A stretch of 64,000 bases of DNA from an uncultured Candidatus Melainabacteria bacterium (GTDB lineage Bacteria; Cyanobacteriota; Vampirovibrionia; Gastranaerophilales; Gastranaerophilaceae), in assembly GCA_937898445.1 (NCBI GenBank), contig CALEJY010000250.1, positions 3,513 to 67,512 of the forward strand, written 5' to 3'. The notes beneath the pieces were generated by a model. That model did not search any database and was not told the DNA's origin. It saw only the letters and a program-made list of their open reading frames with translations. Shown here in pieces: positions 32,401 to 43,081 of the stretch (the stretch's first letter is position 1; every line of letters begins with the position of its first letter). The position numbers and the translations under genes were made by a program.

Positions 32401-34811
32401 GAAATTGCATCTTCAACAGAAGTATTAATATCGTCAATATCCTTTTCTAATGTCTTAATTCTATCATCAAATCCATTTGTATATGATTTTGTTTGTTCAT
32501 TTGCAATATTTTCTATAACTGTATTCGCATTTACTATAAAATCAGATAAAGCATTACTTACTCCATCTATAGCATTATTTATATTAGTTCTATCAATGTC
32601 ATCAATTAAGTCTGTTTTAGCCAATACAGTATCTATTGCAGAATTTAAAGCATTATATTTTTCAACATATAAATCATATTTATTTTTTAAAGTCGTTTTA
32701 TCAGAAGCAGTAATGTATGCTGATCCTATAAGAGAATTGTATTGTGCAGTAACATCTGCATTTTGTACTTCTAAAATTTTTCTCTTTGAAGCAACTTCTT
32801 TTCTTTCTGCTTTATCAATTACATTATCCGCAAAAGTATCATCATAACCAGTTTCTATATTATCTATTTTTTTATTAATATCTTCTATGTCTTTACTAAA
32901 CGCAGAATTTAATATATTTGCTTCATTTTCAGATATGTATATCAAAGCATTATTTGCTGCTTTAGTATATTCTCCAATAGCATCTAAGACTGTACTATAT
33001 AAAGAATCTACAGAGGCTTTATCTTCGTCTGTAACTAAATCATCTTTATTCAAAATTCTTGTAACTTCTGTAGTTATATTATCATAAGCAGTTTTAAACG
33101 CATTATATTTTTCATCTAATGTAGTTCTGGCAGATGTCTCTGTTGTCATACTTGCCTTTAAAATAATTCGATTATATTGACTAGTAACTTCATTTTCTTG
33201 CATTTTTAAATTATTTAAAGAGGTCTCAATTGAAGCTCTTTCTATTTGGTCAATTACATTGTCTAAAAAAGTATCTCCAATTGTGCTATCTAAATCATCT
33301 AATTTATTTCCTACATCTTGGATTTGAATATTAAGCTCACCCTTTGCATTGTCTATTTCTTGGCGATATTTATTATTTTCTGATTTTGATAACATCTTAC
33401 CTAAAAATGTATTAAATTCATTTACTGTTGCTCTATATTCTTCTAAAGCAGTAATTATTTTTATTTTTTCTATTTCATTAAAGAAGTTATCTTCGCAAGC
33501 TTGATTTATTGCGTTTATTAATCTATTATATGTGTATGTGTAATTTAAAAACTGTTTCTTCATATTTGTGAAATCTTCTTCATCCAAGTTTAAAGTTTCC
33601 AAATAAACATCATATTTTTCTGTTAAATCATTGCTTTCTTTTTCTAGTTCTTTAAGTTTTTCATTTAATAAATTTCTTTCTATTGTTGTAATTGTTCCAT
33701 CGGCAGATGAATCTTCTACCCATGTATTTAATGAGTCTAATTTTGCTAAGATATCATCAAATTGAGCTTGTAAACTGGATTTTTCTAAGCTTAATGAACT
33801 TCTCATATTCGTTGTAACCGCACTTAAACTCATTAATATTTTATTTTTTTCTATATTCAATCTCGAAATTTCTTCGTATATTGTTCCTCCTATACCTATA
33901 AATAGGAAGTCATCACAAGTTTTCTTTAAATCATCTAGTCTTGCTCTACAAGTACTTGCTAATCCTATAAGTATAGATGTTTCTGTAGGTGTTACAATTT
34001 TATCTTGAGTTGAATCCCATAAAGTTCTTTGGAAATTATTTAATGCTCCATCTAAAGCTTCTTTTTCACTTTTTAATAAATTTGCATTTTCTGTTTCTTG
34101 TTTACCTTCCATTACATCTATTAACTCATCTATATAAATAAAAAAACTATTTTTTTCAGATTCAATTTTATTCATTTCATTAATTAATTCATAATTTTCC
34201 TCATTTGAAACTAATGAATCGGCAAATACATCTCTCATTTTTATAATAAAATCTGAAAGCATAGTATTTAAACTAATTGAGTATGCAACTATTTGTTCTC
34301 TTAATTCATTTTCTCTGTTACTATCTGAATACTCTTTATTTAATTCTTGAGCTAGTAATTCTATTTCTTTAGCAGTTTGTTGTATTTTCGTATATATATC
34401 TGTACTACCGCTTAAATCATTTCTTAATAATCCAATCGTCTTTGTAATCCCATCTACAGTCTGATTGATAGAGGTATATTTTCTTTCAATATCGTTTACT
34501 CTTTCTACAATATTTGATAAACTAGAAGAATTATCTTCTCCACTATTGCTATCAAAATTTATTGTGATTTCTTGTTGATTTGGTAATATAAAAGTTCCTT
34601 TATCGTTTATTATAACCAAAAATAATCCTTCTTTACTTTCTAATATGGTATTAGAAGTTTTTAAATCATAAGGAGATTCATTTTTATCCCAATAAAAATA
34701 CTTATGGTTACTATACATATTTTTTATACTATAAAAAACATTTTTATATCCAATTACCATATTTTGAACACTAATATAAGTAAAGGAAGGGGTATTAGAT
34801 AGACAAGCCAT
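29415..34811 (-). CDS. Large central tail fibre/host-specificity protein with helical repeats
   Basis: Follows Dit and Tal. Recurrent D(N/G)xI(D/T/S)xxE(R/K) helical repeats. C-terminal beta-rich domains. Confidence 0.7.
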   Translation of the reverse strand: MACLSNTPSFTYISVQNMVIGYKNVFYSIKNMYSNHKYFYWDKNESPYDLKTSNTILESKEGLFLVIINDKGTFILPNQQEITINFDSNSGEDNSSSLSNIVERVNDIERKYTSINQTVDGITKTIGLLRNDLSGSTDIYTKIQQTAKEIELLAQELNKEYSDSNRENELREQIVAYSISLNTMLSDFIIKMRDVFADSLVSNEENYELINEMNKIESEKNSFFIYIDELIDVMEGKQETENANLLKSEKEALDGALNNFQRTLWDSTQDKIVTPTETSILIGLASTCRARLDDLKKTCDDFLFIGIGGTIYEEISRLNIEKNKILMSLSAVTTNMRSSLSLEKSSLQAQFDDILAKLDSLNTWVEDSSADGTITTIERNLLNEKLKELEKESNDLTEKYDVYLETLNLDEEDFTNMKKQFLNYTYTYNRLINAINQACEDNFFNEIEKIKIITALEEYRATVNEFNTFLGKMLSKSENNKYRQEIDNAKGELNIQIQDVGNKLDDLDSTIGDTFLDNVIDQIERASIETSLNNLKMQENEVTSQYNRIILKASMTTETSARTTLDEKYNAFKTAYDNITTEVTRILNKDDLVTDEDKASVDSLYSTVLDAIGEYTKAANNALIYISENEANILNSAFSKDIEDINKKIDNIETGYDDTFADNVIDKAERKEVASKRKILEVQNADVTAQYNSLIGSAYITASDKTTLKNKYDLYVEKYNALNSAIDTVLAKTDLIDDIDRTNINNAIDGVSNALSDFIVNANTVIENIANEQTKSYTNGFDDRIKTLEKDIDDINTSVEDAISDNIVDKSERRILQSQLKELELSKVELKNKYIEIWKNKNLSVLTRANYKRAYNHYETAYNNYVSKINDIINSTGRITTALRNSYTSAYDNYKTKLDAFTQQHQVVMNNITKNILDNLKSAMNKEIVEVEEALESLNDSMEDIFDDSVLTNEEKAQIRENFNTFKTKKDAVTTKYNDMLQNLSNDSKTKLTNAYNTYVQKYDALCTALDNLLARTDMLSTEDRDILNPYIEDHDTALKNYSVVYSEMVQESIKTFVEKTKDELQKNIDNINKTISDLQTNLDGVFKDGILSDAEKLSIKQSLQALQTEKLDIDADYASVYNNGDLVDKDSVTTPKTNLKTAYDNYVSMHTALVNEINTLLQKTSIVDDSDRNKINTAMTKYRDALSNYKKRVNEAIDAISDKKINDERSERMEQYQSITTEIGKITTKVGEISENLDTYQKTTNESLSKLTPTEIINTVKEAKESDGSVVFARQSSLTQTIDDFTLRFTNMNSKIENNITTVSSEGIVVKMYDESSFDDNGEVIDGSTPMARTNINGRGLYIFKESNGTPIAYFTMDECFISNLNTNKINGTNLVKSTAETNMPKTWYVAETKTGNGQGEDSNNKASSINEVLNTIKEKYGTYFDNENIVIEIAAGTYNEDVRVEGFLGHGSLKLNYDKSCIAYGNFNIRNNTIDTILEGNKQLTSTDGATLYSYESKGLDTIVVDNCYCQITGFKSKNLSTTNTSYFGAFAKYTNGARGIVGLCDLLHFETPVSSINASQICFFNTKGKTKYRRTAIDGGMIVSGGMITSTTEQNDSINRGFIHQRGTLTETDTDNWYNSSGGGGTGGGEVTEPSTVTKTFTLINLKSIPEGTGLATSGFTGKIAQGRYKTYKKHRGKATLPQDALDFLSSAKSIDSISLTCHRLSTSHGIAAAVPYPVMRFGNPTTGSYSSFYQNSSVKFARGDIKTIPISSTSINSALLNGASELQFYVDDNGNPQNQYSHYDGLKLEITITK

Positions 34812-34827
34812 ATCCTCACCATCCTTA

Positions 34828-36552
34828 TTAGTCTATATTAACTTTATTTTGTTTTAATAAGTTCCATAGTCTTCTATTTTTATTCATTTGTTTATTATCT
34901 GATTTAGCAGATTTTAAAACATCTAATATTACTTTCTTTGTATTTGATTCTAGTTTTTTATTTGACAATGTTATTTCTAATTTTTTATCTTTAAAAGAAT
35001 AATTATATCCAACTAAATAAAATAATTCTTCCTCTTCATTATCATATATAGCTACAATATCTCCTAAGCCTAATGAACCGCTCCAATGTTGTCTATAATC
35101 GTTATCTACTAATCTATTTAAAAAGTCATCTATATCTATAGATATTTCTCTAGTAGGACAACATCTTAATTCTAATTCTCTTGTTCCACAAGATATAATT
35201 TCTGTAGCACTATAAAAAGCATCATTAGAATATGTATCATAATAAATAAATTGTTTTAATTCATTTAATAATTCATCTGAAAATAATCTTTCTCCATTTA
35301 CTAAGCAGCTTTCTTTATTACATTGAATGTTGACTTGTTTTATTTGTTCCTCTATTTCTGTTATTCTTTGTTCAGTTAATAAAGTGTTAGCTTTAAAAAT
35401 TGCTTCCTGATCTAATCCGGCAGATAAATTTAATTCCATTTCTATAGCGCTATCTGTATTACCTTGACTTCTATAGTTGGCCGCCATTTCTTTTAACTGT
35501 TTATTATATTCTATATGGAAAAACCATTGAGTTTTATAATCTGTTAATTTATTTTCTTCTGCAAGTTTTTCTTCTCTTAATTGTCTTAACTTACCTTCAT
35601 TTTCTTTTAAAATTTCATCGTATTCACTTAATTTAGATATTAGTTCATCACTCATTTCTTTATTTTTTATAAAATAAGAATAGTTTTCTATATAATTTTT
35701 CCCATTTAACGTATAATCGCTTACGATACATTTTTCTTCATTCCCTATTAATGTAAGTCTAGTTATAATATCTGATGAATCATCTGTTTTTTCTAAACTT
35801 CTAATATAGTTATCATAAGATAATACAATTTTTAAATCGTCTCCAAAATTATCTATATAATATAAATTAATTAATTGATTGACTCTATCGAAAACAGGAA
35901 CACACTCAAATTCTTCTGATATATTTTCAGAAATAAATTCATACCAACTAATATCTATATCCTCCAACCATCTCATTCTTCTAGTAAAATGTTTCTTTAA
36001 TTCTATTAACTCTCCTTGTTTTGTAAATATATAATTCCCCTCTTTATCCATTAAATAATCCGAACCTTTAACATAATCAGAATATAAAACTTCTTCGTCA
36101 ATATGACCAAATTTCCATCCCGTTTCTTGATACATATATTCATTAAGATTGATTATAATATTATCTCCATTTGAGTAATCTGAATCATTTAACATAATTC
36201 CTATATTCGATAAAACTATATTAATTTTTCCAAGTTTTTTTTCTAATCCATAAACTTGTAAGGTTTTAGTTTCCTCATCTCTATTATAAGTACAGGTTTT
36301 TACTACAAAATACTCTCCATCTAAAGATATTAATCTTTCTGTTCTTATTTCATCAAAAAAAATAAATGGTTCTTTATTCCCATAATATTTATTTATTATT
36401 ATAGAAAGTGAATCCACTTCTCTAATACTTCTTTTAACCGATTCCAAGCATTCCATTGGTAAAGTGCAGATTATATCTTTATTTGCTTTATGTAATAATA
36501 ATTCATTGTAGCTATTTTTCATTTCTTTTAAAATTACATTCATACTTATCAC
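34828..36552 (-). CDS. Tal/baseplate hub (prophage endopeptidase-tail-like) protein
   Basis: Position after Dit. ETGWKFG, EEFECVPVFD, LSYDNYI.SLE...D...IITRL, G.NYIENYSYF, LGDIV motifs. Confidence 0.75.
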   Translation of the reverse strand: MISMNVILKEMKNSYNELLLHKANKDIICTLPMECLESVKRSIREVDSLSIIINKYYGNKEPFIFFDEIRTERLISLDGEYFVVKTCTYNRDEETKTLQVYGLEKKLGKINIVLSNIGIMLNDSDYSNGDNIIINLNEYMYQETGWKFGHIDEEVLYSDYVKGSDYLMDKEGNYIFTKQGELIELKKHFTRRMRWLEDIDISWYEFISENISEEFECVPVFDRVNQLINLYYIDNFGDDLKIVLSYDNYIRSLEKTDDSSDIITRLTLIGNEEKCIVSDYTLNGKNYIENYSYFIKNKEMSDELISKLSEYDEILKENEGKLRQLREEKLAEENKLTDYKTQWFFHIEYNKQLKEMAANYRSQGNTDSAIEMELNLSAGLDQEAIFKANTLLTEQRITEIEEQIKQVNIQCNKESCLVNGERLFSDELLNELKQFIYYDTYSNDAFYSATEIISCGTRELELRCCPTREISIDIDDFLNRLVDNDYRQHWSGSLGLGDIVAIYDNEEEELFYLVGYNYSFKDKKLEITLSNKKLESNTKKVILDVLKSAKSDNKQMNKNRRLWNLLKQNKVNID

Positions 36553-37302
36553 CTATAAAACTATCGGAAATTCAGTTTTAATATTAACTTTTCCATATCC
36601 AGTTAACGTTAAATCGTTATTTCCGGGCATAAATTTTATCCATTTTCTATTACATTTATTTAATTTATTTTCTTTATTTTCGTTTAAAACGGTTAGCATT
36701 TTATTATCTGTAATAATTTTTTCATTAAGTGTTAGATTTGAAATTTGAAAATCATTTATTTTTACAACACTAACACTATCTTGAGTTCCCTCAACCGTGA
36801 TTATTGGGTAGCAAATTTCTTCACTTGGATTTTCTACACTTAATAAATATTCTCCATTTAAAAGAACATCTGTTTCAAATTGTTTATAAAAATAATGACT
36901 ATATGGTTGGAAAGTAACTTCTATAAATCCTTGATTTGAAAAAGTTAATTTATCTTGTATTTTAACACATTTTAAATAGAGTATATAATTTGGATAATCT
37001 TCTGTAACAAAAGGTGCAAAATTATCGGTAATTAACCATGATTTTATTCTTTTAAAAATTTCATCTGAAAAAGTTGCTAAATTTCCTTGTTTATCAACAT
37101 AAGCTAAATTTAAAACTATTTGTTCTGGTGCTTCACTTTCTTCTTTATATGTTGGATAGATTTTATTTGTACCTTCCATATTTAAAGAAATAGAATAAGG
37201 CACTTTCATATCGTTTACTATGTTATTTTCAAAATATACTAATCGTACGTTATATTCATCACACGAAATATTATTGAAAATAAATTTATCAGAAATAAAC
37301 AT
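36553..37302 (-). CDS. Distal tail protein (Dit)
   Basis: Immediately after TMP. FIFNNIS..EYNV, I.SWL, YPIIT, W....PG.N.L motifs. Confidence 0.75.
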   Translation of the reverse strand: MFISDKFIFNNISCDEYNVRLVYFENNIVNDMKVPYSISLNMEGTNKIYPTYKEESEAPEQIVLNLAYVDKQGNLATFSDEIFKRIKSWLITDNFAPFVTEDYPNYILYLKCVKIQDKLTFSNQGFIEVTFQPYSHYFYKQFETDVLLNGEYLLSVENPSEEICYPIITVEGTQDSVSVVKINDFQISNLTLNEKIITDNKMLTVLNENKENKLNKCNRKWIKFMPGNNDLTLTGYGKVNIKTEFPIVL

Positions 37303-37315
37303 TCATTTCCCTCCT

Positions 37316-37346
37316 TAAAAAAAATAGGGACTAAATTAGTCCCTAT
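37316..37346 (-). terminator. Terminator after tape measure gene
   Basis: Inverted repeat ATAGGGACTAA/TTAGTCCCTAT followed by a T run on the minus strand. Confidence 0.7.
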
Positions 37347-40300
37347 AAATTATTTGATATGTATTTTAATTCTTTATCTATAGCATCCGTTAAATCATCT
37401 ATTGATGCTTTGCTTAAATCTCCAGTTACAGTTATATTAATATCTCCAACATTTAATGTTTTCGAATTTGATTTGGAATCTATTAGGTCTTTATAATTTG
37501 TACCATATTGTTTTAATTCCAATCTATCATATATATCTGAATATTGTTTTAAAACTTCCATCGCACTTGTTAAATTATTTACTAAATTATTTTTTATAGA
37601 ATCTCCCATAATTCCAAGTGCTTCACCAGAAGTCTCTGCAAAATTAATTAGTGTATCTTGTAGATTTTTTACATTTCCATCAATATCTGTAAAAGTTCCA
37701 TTACTTAAAGCATCTTGAACCATTTGAGCAATTTTTTGAGCAGACCACGTTTCTTCTAATTGTTTTATTCTATCCTCTGATTTCTTTTCTTCTTCATCTA
37801 TTTTTTTATCGTACATTTCTTCTATTTTTGAATCTAATCTATCTTGTTGTAAGTCTTGTAATGCTTTTTCTTCTTCTCTTAATTCATCATATGCCTCTTG
37901 TAATTTACTTCTAGTAGATAAAGATGTGTCATTTTCTAATGCAGAAATTTTACTTCTTAATTTATTTATTTTTGCTAATTGTTCGTCATAATCATCTTTA
38001 TAATCAACTTCACTTCTGTAATCTTGATAAGCTTTCTTTTGTTCTTCTAAAGCTTTAACCCTTGCATCTTTTTCTTCTTCTATTTTGTCTTTTCTTTTAT
38101 CTATTTGGTCTTCGTAGATTTTTGTTATTTCTTCTTCTATATCTTTTGTTAAGTCTAATTTTTTATCTTGTATATCTTTTATTTCTGCTCCTAGTTGTTC
38201 CCATTTTACGATAGCATCAGGTAAATCTTTTGATTGTAGGTCTAAGAATTCTTCTAATAAATCATTAACTCTTTCCAGATCTGATGTGTTTTGATATTTG
38301 TCAAGAATTTCTTTTTGATTAGTAACCCAATTATTTTCATCAAATTTAAATCCATACGCAGATAAGCTTTCTTTATATATATCTATCATTTCATTATATT
38401 GGTCAATTGTTTTTTGCAAGTTAATTCTTTGTTTGTCAATTGCCTCAGCCTGTTTATTATATAAATCAATTTTATCTTTACCTACGGCTGAATCTAGCTT
38501 TGCATTTAATAAACTTAATACATTATCTAATGAATTAAATTCGCTAGATAATTCTGTTACACCATTTTTAAATTTATAAAGTTTATCTTCTCTAAGAAGT
38601 TGTTCTATTTCATCTTTATTTTTTTCAATAGCTTTTTGGGCATCCATCCATTCTTGCCCTGCTTTTGGCAATTCTGTGTATTGTATCTTGATATATTCGT
38701 TTACAAGATTATTAGCTTCATCTAGTTTTTCTTTATATTTATCAAGGTTATCTTTTGCTTTTTCTGTAGCCTTGCTTAATGATTTTTTCTTAGATTCACT
38801 TTTACCAGTGTAATCACTTTCAGCTTTTTGTGCTTTTTCATATGCCTTTTCCAATTTATCATATTGTTCTTGCATACTTATTAAATTTTCTTGTTGATTA
38901 GTAAAATTATCTTGTTGATTAAATTTAAAACCATAGTCTTTAGACAATTTTGATTTTAATACTTCTTTTTCTTTTACTAATCCTTTATAATATTCTTTTT
39001 GTAAAATAACTTGTTCTGTATACAATTCATTTTGTAATTGTAATTCTTTAGCTCTTTTTAAGCCTACTGAACTATCCATTATTTTATCTAATAAAGTTAA
39101 TTGATTAGAACATCTACTTATTCTATTCTCTAATTCTTGGAATATAGAAATACTATTTTTTAAAGAATAAAGAATTTTGTCTGCATCAAGAGTTATATGA
39201 GTTGGAATGCCGACACTCTTGTTTATGGTATTGAATGGATTTTCAGATAACGCAGAAACGCCATCAGAGCCTTCTACAGGGGCATTAGATACATCCCCTA
39301 CCGAATATGTGGTTACATCTCCTTCAACAGGCACGGATACGTTTACGGACTCTGTAGGAGTATCAGATATATTTTGGAAATCTGTTACTGAATTATGGAG
39401 ACTGACAGGTATAGATATTCCGCTCGCAACTCTACCTATCATAGCTAAAGCATTTGTAAGAGTTTTACTTACTATACCTTTAAATGTAACAGTTTTAGTT
39501 TCGTCTTTAGCCTTTTGAGAAACAGTATCTTCTTGTTTTGTAGTAGTTGCATATCCACTTGTATTTATTTCAACATTCTTATTTTCATCTTTTGCCTTCT
39601 GTGCTACTGTATCTTCTTGTGCGACAGTAATAGTAAATCCATTAGTGTTTATTGTAACAGTTTTATTTTCATCTTTTGCCTTTTGAGTAACCGTGTCAGC
39701 TTGCGATACAGTATTTGTAAATCCATTAGTTAAGAAACTAAAGTTTTTAAATACAGGTTTTGCTCCATTTTCAACATTTGTATTTTCTTGTATTACCTGT
39801 GGGTATCCTTCACTCTTAAATACCACAGATTTTTCTACAGGTGTACTTTGAATAGAATCAACTTTTTCGTCTATATCGCCAGTCTCTAAATATGTTCTTA
39901 CTATTTTTTCTTTTAATGCAATCGCATCGACAGTATTTAATCCTTCTAAAGCTTCAACTATATTTGTTGCGACAGTAATTTGTTTTTCTTCGTCAAGCGC
40001 ATCTATTTGTTCTCTTAATTGATTGATGTCTCCTTTAGCAAGAGCATCGTTTATATTTATTGCTACTTCTTTTTCTGTATCTGTTGTCATTATTTCGTCT
40101 AATCTTTTCTTAACTGCATCTATTGTATTTTGTCCTACTACTTTTAATCCTACTTTTGAAGCAATATCGCTATGTTCCAATAAATAGCCAACCACATCTT
40201 TGTAACTATTTAATTTGTTGAAATCTCCACCCATTTTACATATAAGACTAATAGTACTGTCTTTGTCTATAGGGAGTTTAGCCATTGTTTGTTCAACTAA

Positions 40301-43081
40301 TTTTAGTTTACTTTCATCAATTGTCCCTGTTGTAAATAGATTTTTAACTGAATCACTTGCATTGATATGCTTAAATTCAGTAAGTTTCTTTTTAAGATTT
40401 GCCAATTTTGTTTCTGTATCTTTTGTATCTAAATCTACTTTTATATTGTTATCTCTATTTTTATTTATGTCGTTAATTTGTCTCATGATGTCAGTATCTA
40501 TTTTATCTCCACCAGCAAGCGAAATAGGAATTTTTAGTTCTGCTTCTGTAAGCTCTCCATTAAACATTTTTTCAAGGAGTTCAGTAGCCTTTGCGTCTCC
40601 TACTTTACCTGTATTTTCAATAGTAGTTGCTAAAGTAGCCACTAATGATGCCTCAACTTTTGTTATTGTATTCTTCCCGTCAGTAACTCCTTCTATTATC
40701 TTTTGTAATTGTGGAGGTAAGTTCTTATAACCCTCACCCTTAGCAACATCAGTTATAAGTTTGATTTTTTGTTCAAGAGTAAGAGTATCACTTGTCATAT
40801 TTTGCATAAACTCTTCTAACTCTAAAAATTGAGATTGAAGTTGCATAGCTAGCTCGTCTTTATTTATAGTGATATCGAATAAATTCTTTCCAAATCCTGA
40901 TAAGAATTTTTCCAATTTCATTTTGCTTAAATCTAAGCCGCCTTCTAACTGACTTGTAAACCCTGTTATCCATTGACTAGCATCTATACCAGTTATTTTT
41001 TCTAACTCTTTTGCAACTCCTGCTATTTGTTTTTGATATCCCTCTATATTACCTGTTTGTTGAAATACTTCATTTGCTTGTCTTAAAGTTTCGTTCCATT
41101 TTTGAACATCTTTATAATGGTCAACTGAATATTCAGATATCTTATCAAAACCTTTTAAAAATTCATTTCTTTTACTTAAATTATCTGCAACTAATTCATT
41201 AGACCAATCATATAATCCAATTAAATCTTTCATCTCTGCTTTTTGTCTATTGCCAAGTAAAGAATAAGATTTATATTTAGTAGACATTAATTCATTAAAT
41301 GCTACGGCTTCTTGTTGAGATTCATATTCTGCATATTGAGCATTTTTTTCTGCGTAACTTTTATTTAAATTTGCTATTGATTCTTGTTGATTAGCGTATG
41401 CCTTAGCGTACTGTTTACAACCTTTTTCAAAATCTTTTAAACTTAACCCAAATAAATTTGCTGGGTCTTGGAATGGATTTTTTACGGCATTTTTTGTTAT
41501 AACCTCATCATATACATTTGTTTTTAATGTTCCATTAGTTCTATAATCTCCAACTAATTTACCTGCGTCTTGAGCTGCAGAAGCCTGTTGTGCAATTAAT
41601 AGTTGATTTTCTTTTTCTATCGCTATTTCTAATTTTTCAATCAATGCATCCGTACTATTCCCCAATGCCAAAATAGGGTCTTGATTTTCGTCATAACCCA
41701 TTACTAACTCTGGGAACATTTCTGCAAGTTGTTGTTTATATCCGCTTAAACGAGCCATTTCATCAGAAGTTAGATCAGCTTTATTTGCAAGCTTTTCGTA
41801 ATCTTCAGCCATAGATTTTAAAGCAGTCCTTTTATCATTTAAATTAGATATCTCTGCTTGAGTTGATTGTATTCCTGCTTTTGATGTTTCATAAGCTTTT
41901 TCGGTTTTATGAACATAATTGTCAATAGCACTAACTGCTGCGCTTATTCCACCTATAGCTAAAGACAATAACGCACCATTTAATAACGAAACTCCAACAG
42001 ACATAGCTATAGATTTAGCTCCACCTAAAACCATTGATTTAGCGGTTTCTTTGACACCTTTTGTTACTTTTTCTGCTTGAACTGCTCCTTTAGATAATGT
42101 ATCGCCAGTTCTTTTTAAGTTTCCTTCTGCATCTTTCGTACATACCATAAAACTTGTCGAAGTGCTTTTTAATGTTCTTTGTATTCTATTACTATTTGAC
42201 TGAACATCGCTAGCTAAAGCTTTGGTATTTTTAGACATTACCCTTCTCATATTTTGAGAAGCGTTTGCCATATTATTTGATACAACTGTTACTTGTGATT
42301 GGGCTTGTTTAAAGTTTTTAACAAATCCGCTACCTATAACACTTAAATTACTTCCTGTTGCTTTAGCTTTTATAGCATTAAATAAGGTAGCTATTGAAGC
42401 TATCGCTACTGGAGTTGCCATATTTATTTTATTTAAAGCGCCTAAAAAATTATTAATTCCTTCAATGCCTGCGGCTAATCCTCCGACTGCATTTTTAGCC
42501 ATATCTGATGTAATAGTAGTTGTTACTAATTGTCTAAATTGGTCTTTTAAAGCCACTATTTTACCTTCAAGACTGTCTATAAATCTTTCATTTTCTTTTT
42601 CGGCACTACCAACTGTAAATCCTTGATTATATTCGTCTTGATATTGTAAAACTGTTTCCCAGTTATTTAACATGGCTTGTAATGTATTTGCATGATATTT
42701 TTGTCCTATAGCTTCTGTAATAGTAGCTCTTTTAACTTCATTTAATGAATCCCATTTATCATGTAATTCATCTAGTATTTCGAAAGAACTCTTTATAGTT
42801 CCTTTTTGCATATCTACTACATTAATTCCAGCCATATCTCTTAATGTTTTTGCAGTTTTATTTAATGTTACTCGTCCTGTCTTTGCAGAATAAGTAACCC
42901 CATTTAAGCTAGTTGCCATAGATTTTAATGCATTACCAACTTTTGAAGCATCTTGTACGGTTTCATTAGCACCTATAATCATACCTATACTTTGGCTTAA
43001 AGTATTACCACTTGCTTTTAATTGAGATGCTGAACGTTGTAGTGCTTCCCCTACATCGGCAGATGTAACTGCAAAGTTGTT
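37343..43081 (-). CDS. Tape measure protein, exon 2
   Basis: Open frame extends 99 nt upstream of the ORF-track start: NNFAVTSADVGEALQRSAS...MIIGANETVQDASKVGNALK (TMP core motif). Long helical protein. Confidence 0.9.
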   Translation of the reverse strand, partial: NNFAVTSADVGEALQRSASQLKASGNTLSQSIGMIIGANETVQDASKVGNALKSMATSLNGVTYSAKTGRVTLNKTAKTLRDMAGINVVDMQKGTIKSSFEILDELHDKWDSLNEVKRATITEAIGQKYHANTLQAMLNNWETVLQYQDEYNQGFTVGSAEKENERFIDSLEGKIVALKDQFRQLVTTTITSDMAKNAVGGLAAGIEGINNFLGALNKINMATPVAIASIATLFNAIKAKATGSNLSVIGSGFVKNFKQAQSQVTVVSNNMANASQNMRRVMSKNTKALASDVQSNSNRIQRTLKSTSTSFMVCTKDAEGNLKRTGDTLSKGAVQAEKVTKGVKETAKSMVLGGAKSIAMSVGVSLLNGALLSLAIGGISAAVSAIDNYVHKTEKAYETSKAGIQSTQAEISNLNDKRTALKSMAEDYEKLANKADLTSDEMARLSGYKQQLAEMFPELVMGYDENQDPILALGNSTDALIEKLEIAIEKENQLLIAQQASAAQDAGKLVGDYRTNGTLKTNVYDEVITKNAVKNPFQDPANLFGLSLKDFEKGCKQYAKAYANQQESIANLNKSYAEKNAQYAEYESQQEAVAFNELMSTKYKSYSLLGNRQKAEMKDLIGLYDWSNELVADNLSKRNEFLKGFDKISEYSVDHYKDVQKWNETLRQANEVFQQTGNIEGYQKQIAGVAKELEKITGIDASQWITGFTSQLEGGLDLSKMKLEKFLSGFGKNLFDITINKDELAMQLQSQFLELEEFMQNMTSDTLTLEQKIKLITDVAKGEGYKNLPPQLQKIIEGVTDGKNTITKVEASLVATLATTIENTGKVGDAKATELLEKMFNGELTEAELKIPISLAGGDKIDTDIMRQINDINKNRDNNIKVDLDTKDTETKLANLKKKLTEFKHINASDSVKNLFTTGTIDESKLKLVEQTMAKLPIDKDSTISLICKMGGDFNKLNSYKDVVGYLLEHSDIASKVGLKVVGQNTIDAVKKRLDEIMTTDTEKEVAININDALAKGDINQLREQIDALDEEKQITVATNIVEALEGLNTVDAIALKEKIVRTYLETGDIDEKVDSIQSTPVEKSVVFKSEGYPQVIQENTNVENGAKPVFKNFSFLTNGFTNTVSQADTVTQKAKDENKTVTINTNGFTITVAQEDTVAQKAKDENKNVEINTSGYATTTKQEDTVSQKAKDETKTVTFKGIVSKTLTNALAMIGRVASGISIPVSLHNSVTDFQNISDTPTESVNVSVPVEGDVTTYSVGDVSNAPVEGSDGVSALSENPFNTINKSVGIPTHITLDADKILYSLKNSISIFQELENRISRCSNQLTLLDKIMDSSVGLKRAKELQLQNELYTEQVILQKEYYKGLVKEKEVLKSKLSKDYGFKFNQQDNFTNQQENLISMQEQYDKLEKAYEKAQKAESDYTGKSESKKKSLSKATEKAKDNLDKYKEKLDEANNLVNEYIKIQYTELPKAGQEWMDAQKAIEKNKDEIEQLLREDKLYKFKNGVTELSSEFNSLDNVLSLLNAKLDSAVGKDKIDLYNKQAEAIDKQRINLQKTIDQYNEMIDIYKESLSAYGFKFDENNWVTNQKEILDKYQNTSDLERVNDLLEEFLDLQSKDLPDAIVKWEQLGAEIKDIQDKKLDLTKDIEEEITKIYEDQIDKRKDKIEEEKDARVKALEEQKKAYQDYRSEVDYKDDYDEQLAKINKLRSKISALENDTSLSTRSKLQEAYDELREEEKALQDLQQDRLDSKIEEMYDKKIDEEEKKSEDRIKQLEETWSAQKIAQMVQDALSNGTFTDIDGNVKNLQDTLINFAETSGEALGIMGDSIKNNLVNNLTSAMEVLKQYSDIYDRLELKQYGTNYKDLIDSKSNSKTLNVGDINITVTGDLSKASIDDLTDAIDKELKYISNNL
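39480..39820 (-). repeat. Tandem 28-aa (84-nt) repeats inside TMP
   Basis: TNGFTNTVSQADTVTQKAKDENKTVTIN / TNGFTITVAQEDTVAQKAKDENKNVEIN / TSGYATTTKQEDTVSQKAKDETKTVTFK plus a degenerate upstream copy. Confidence 0.8.
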
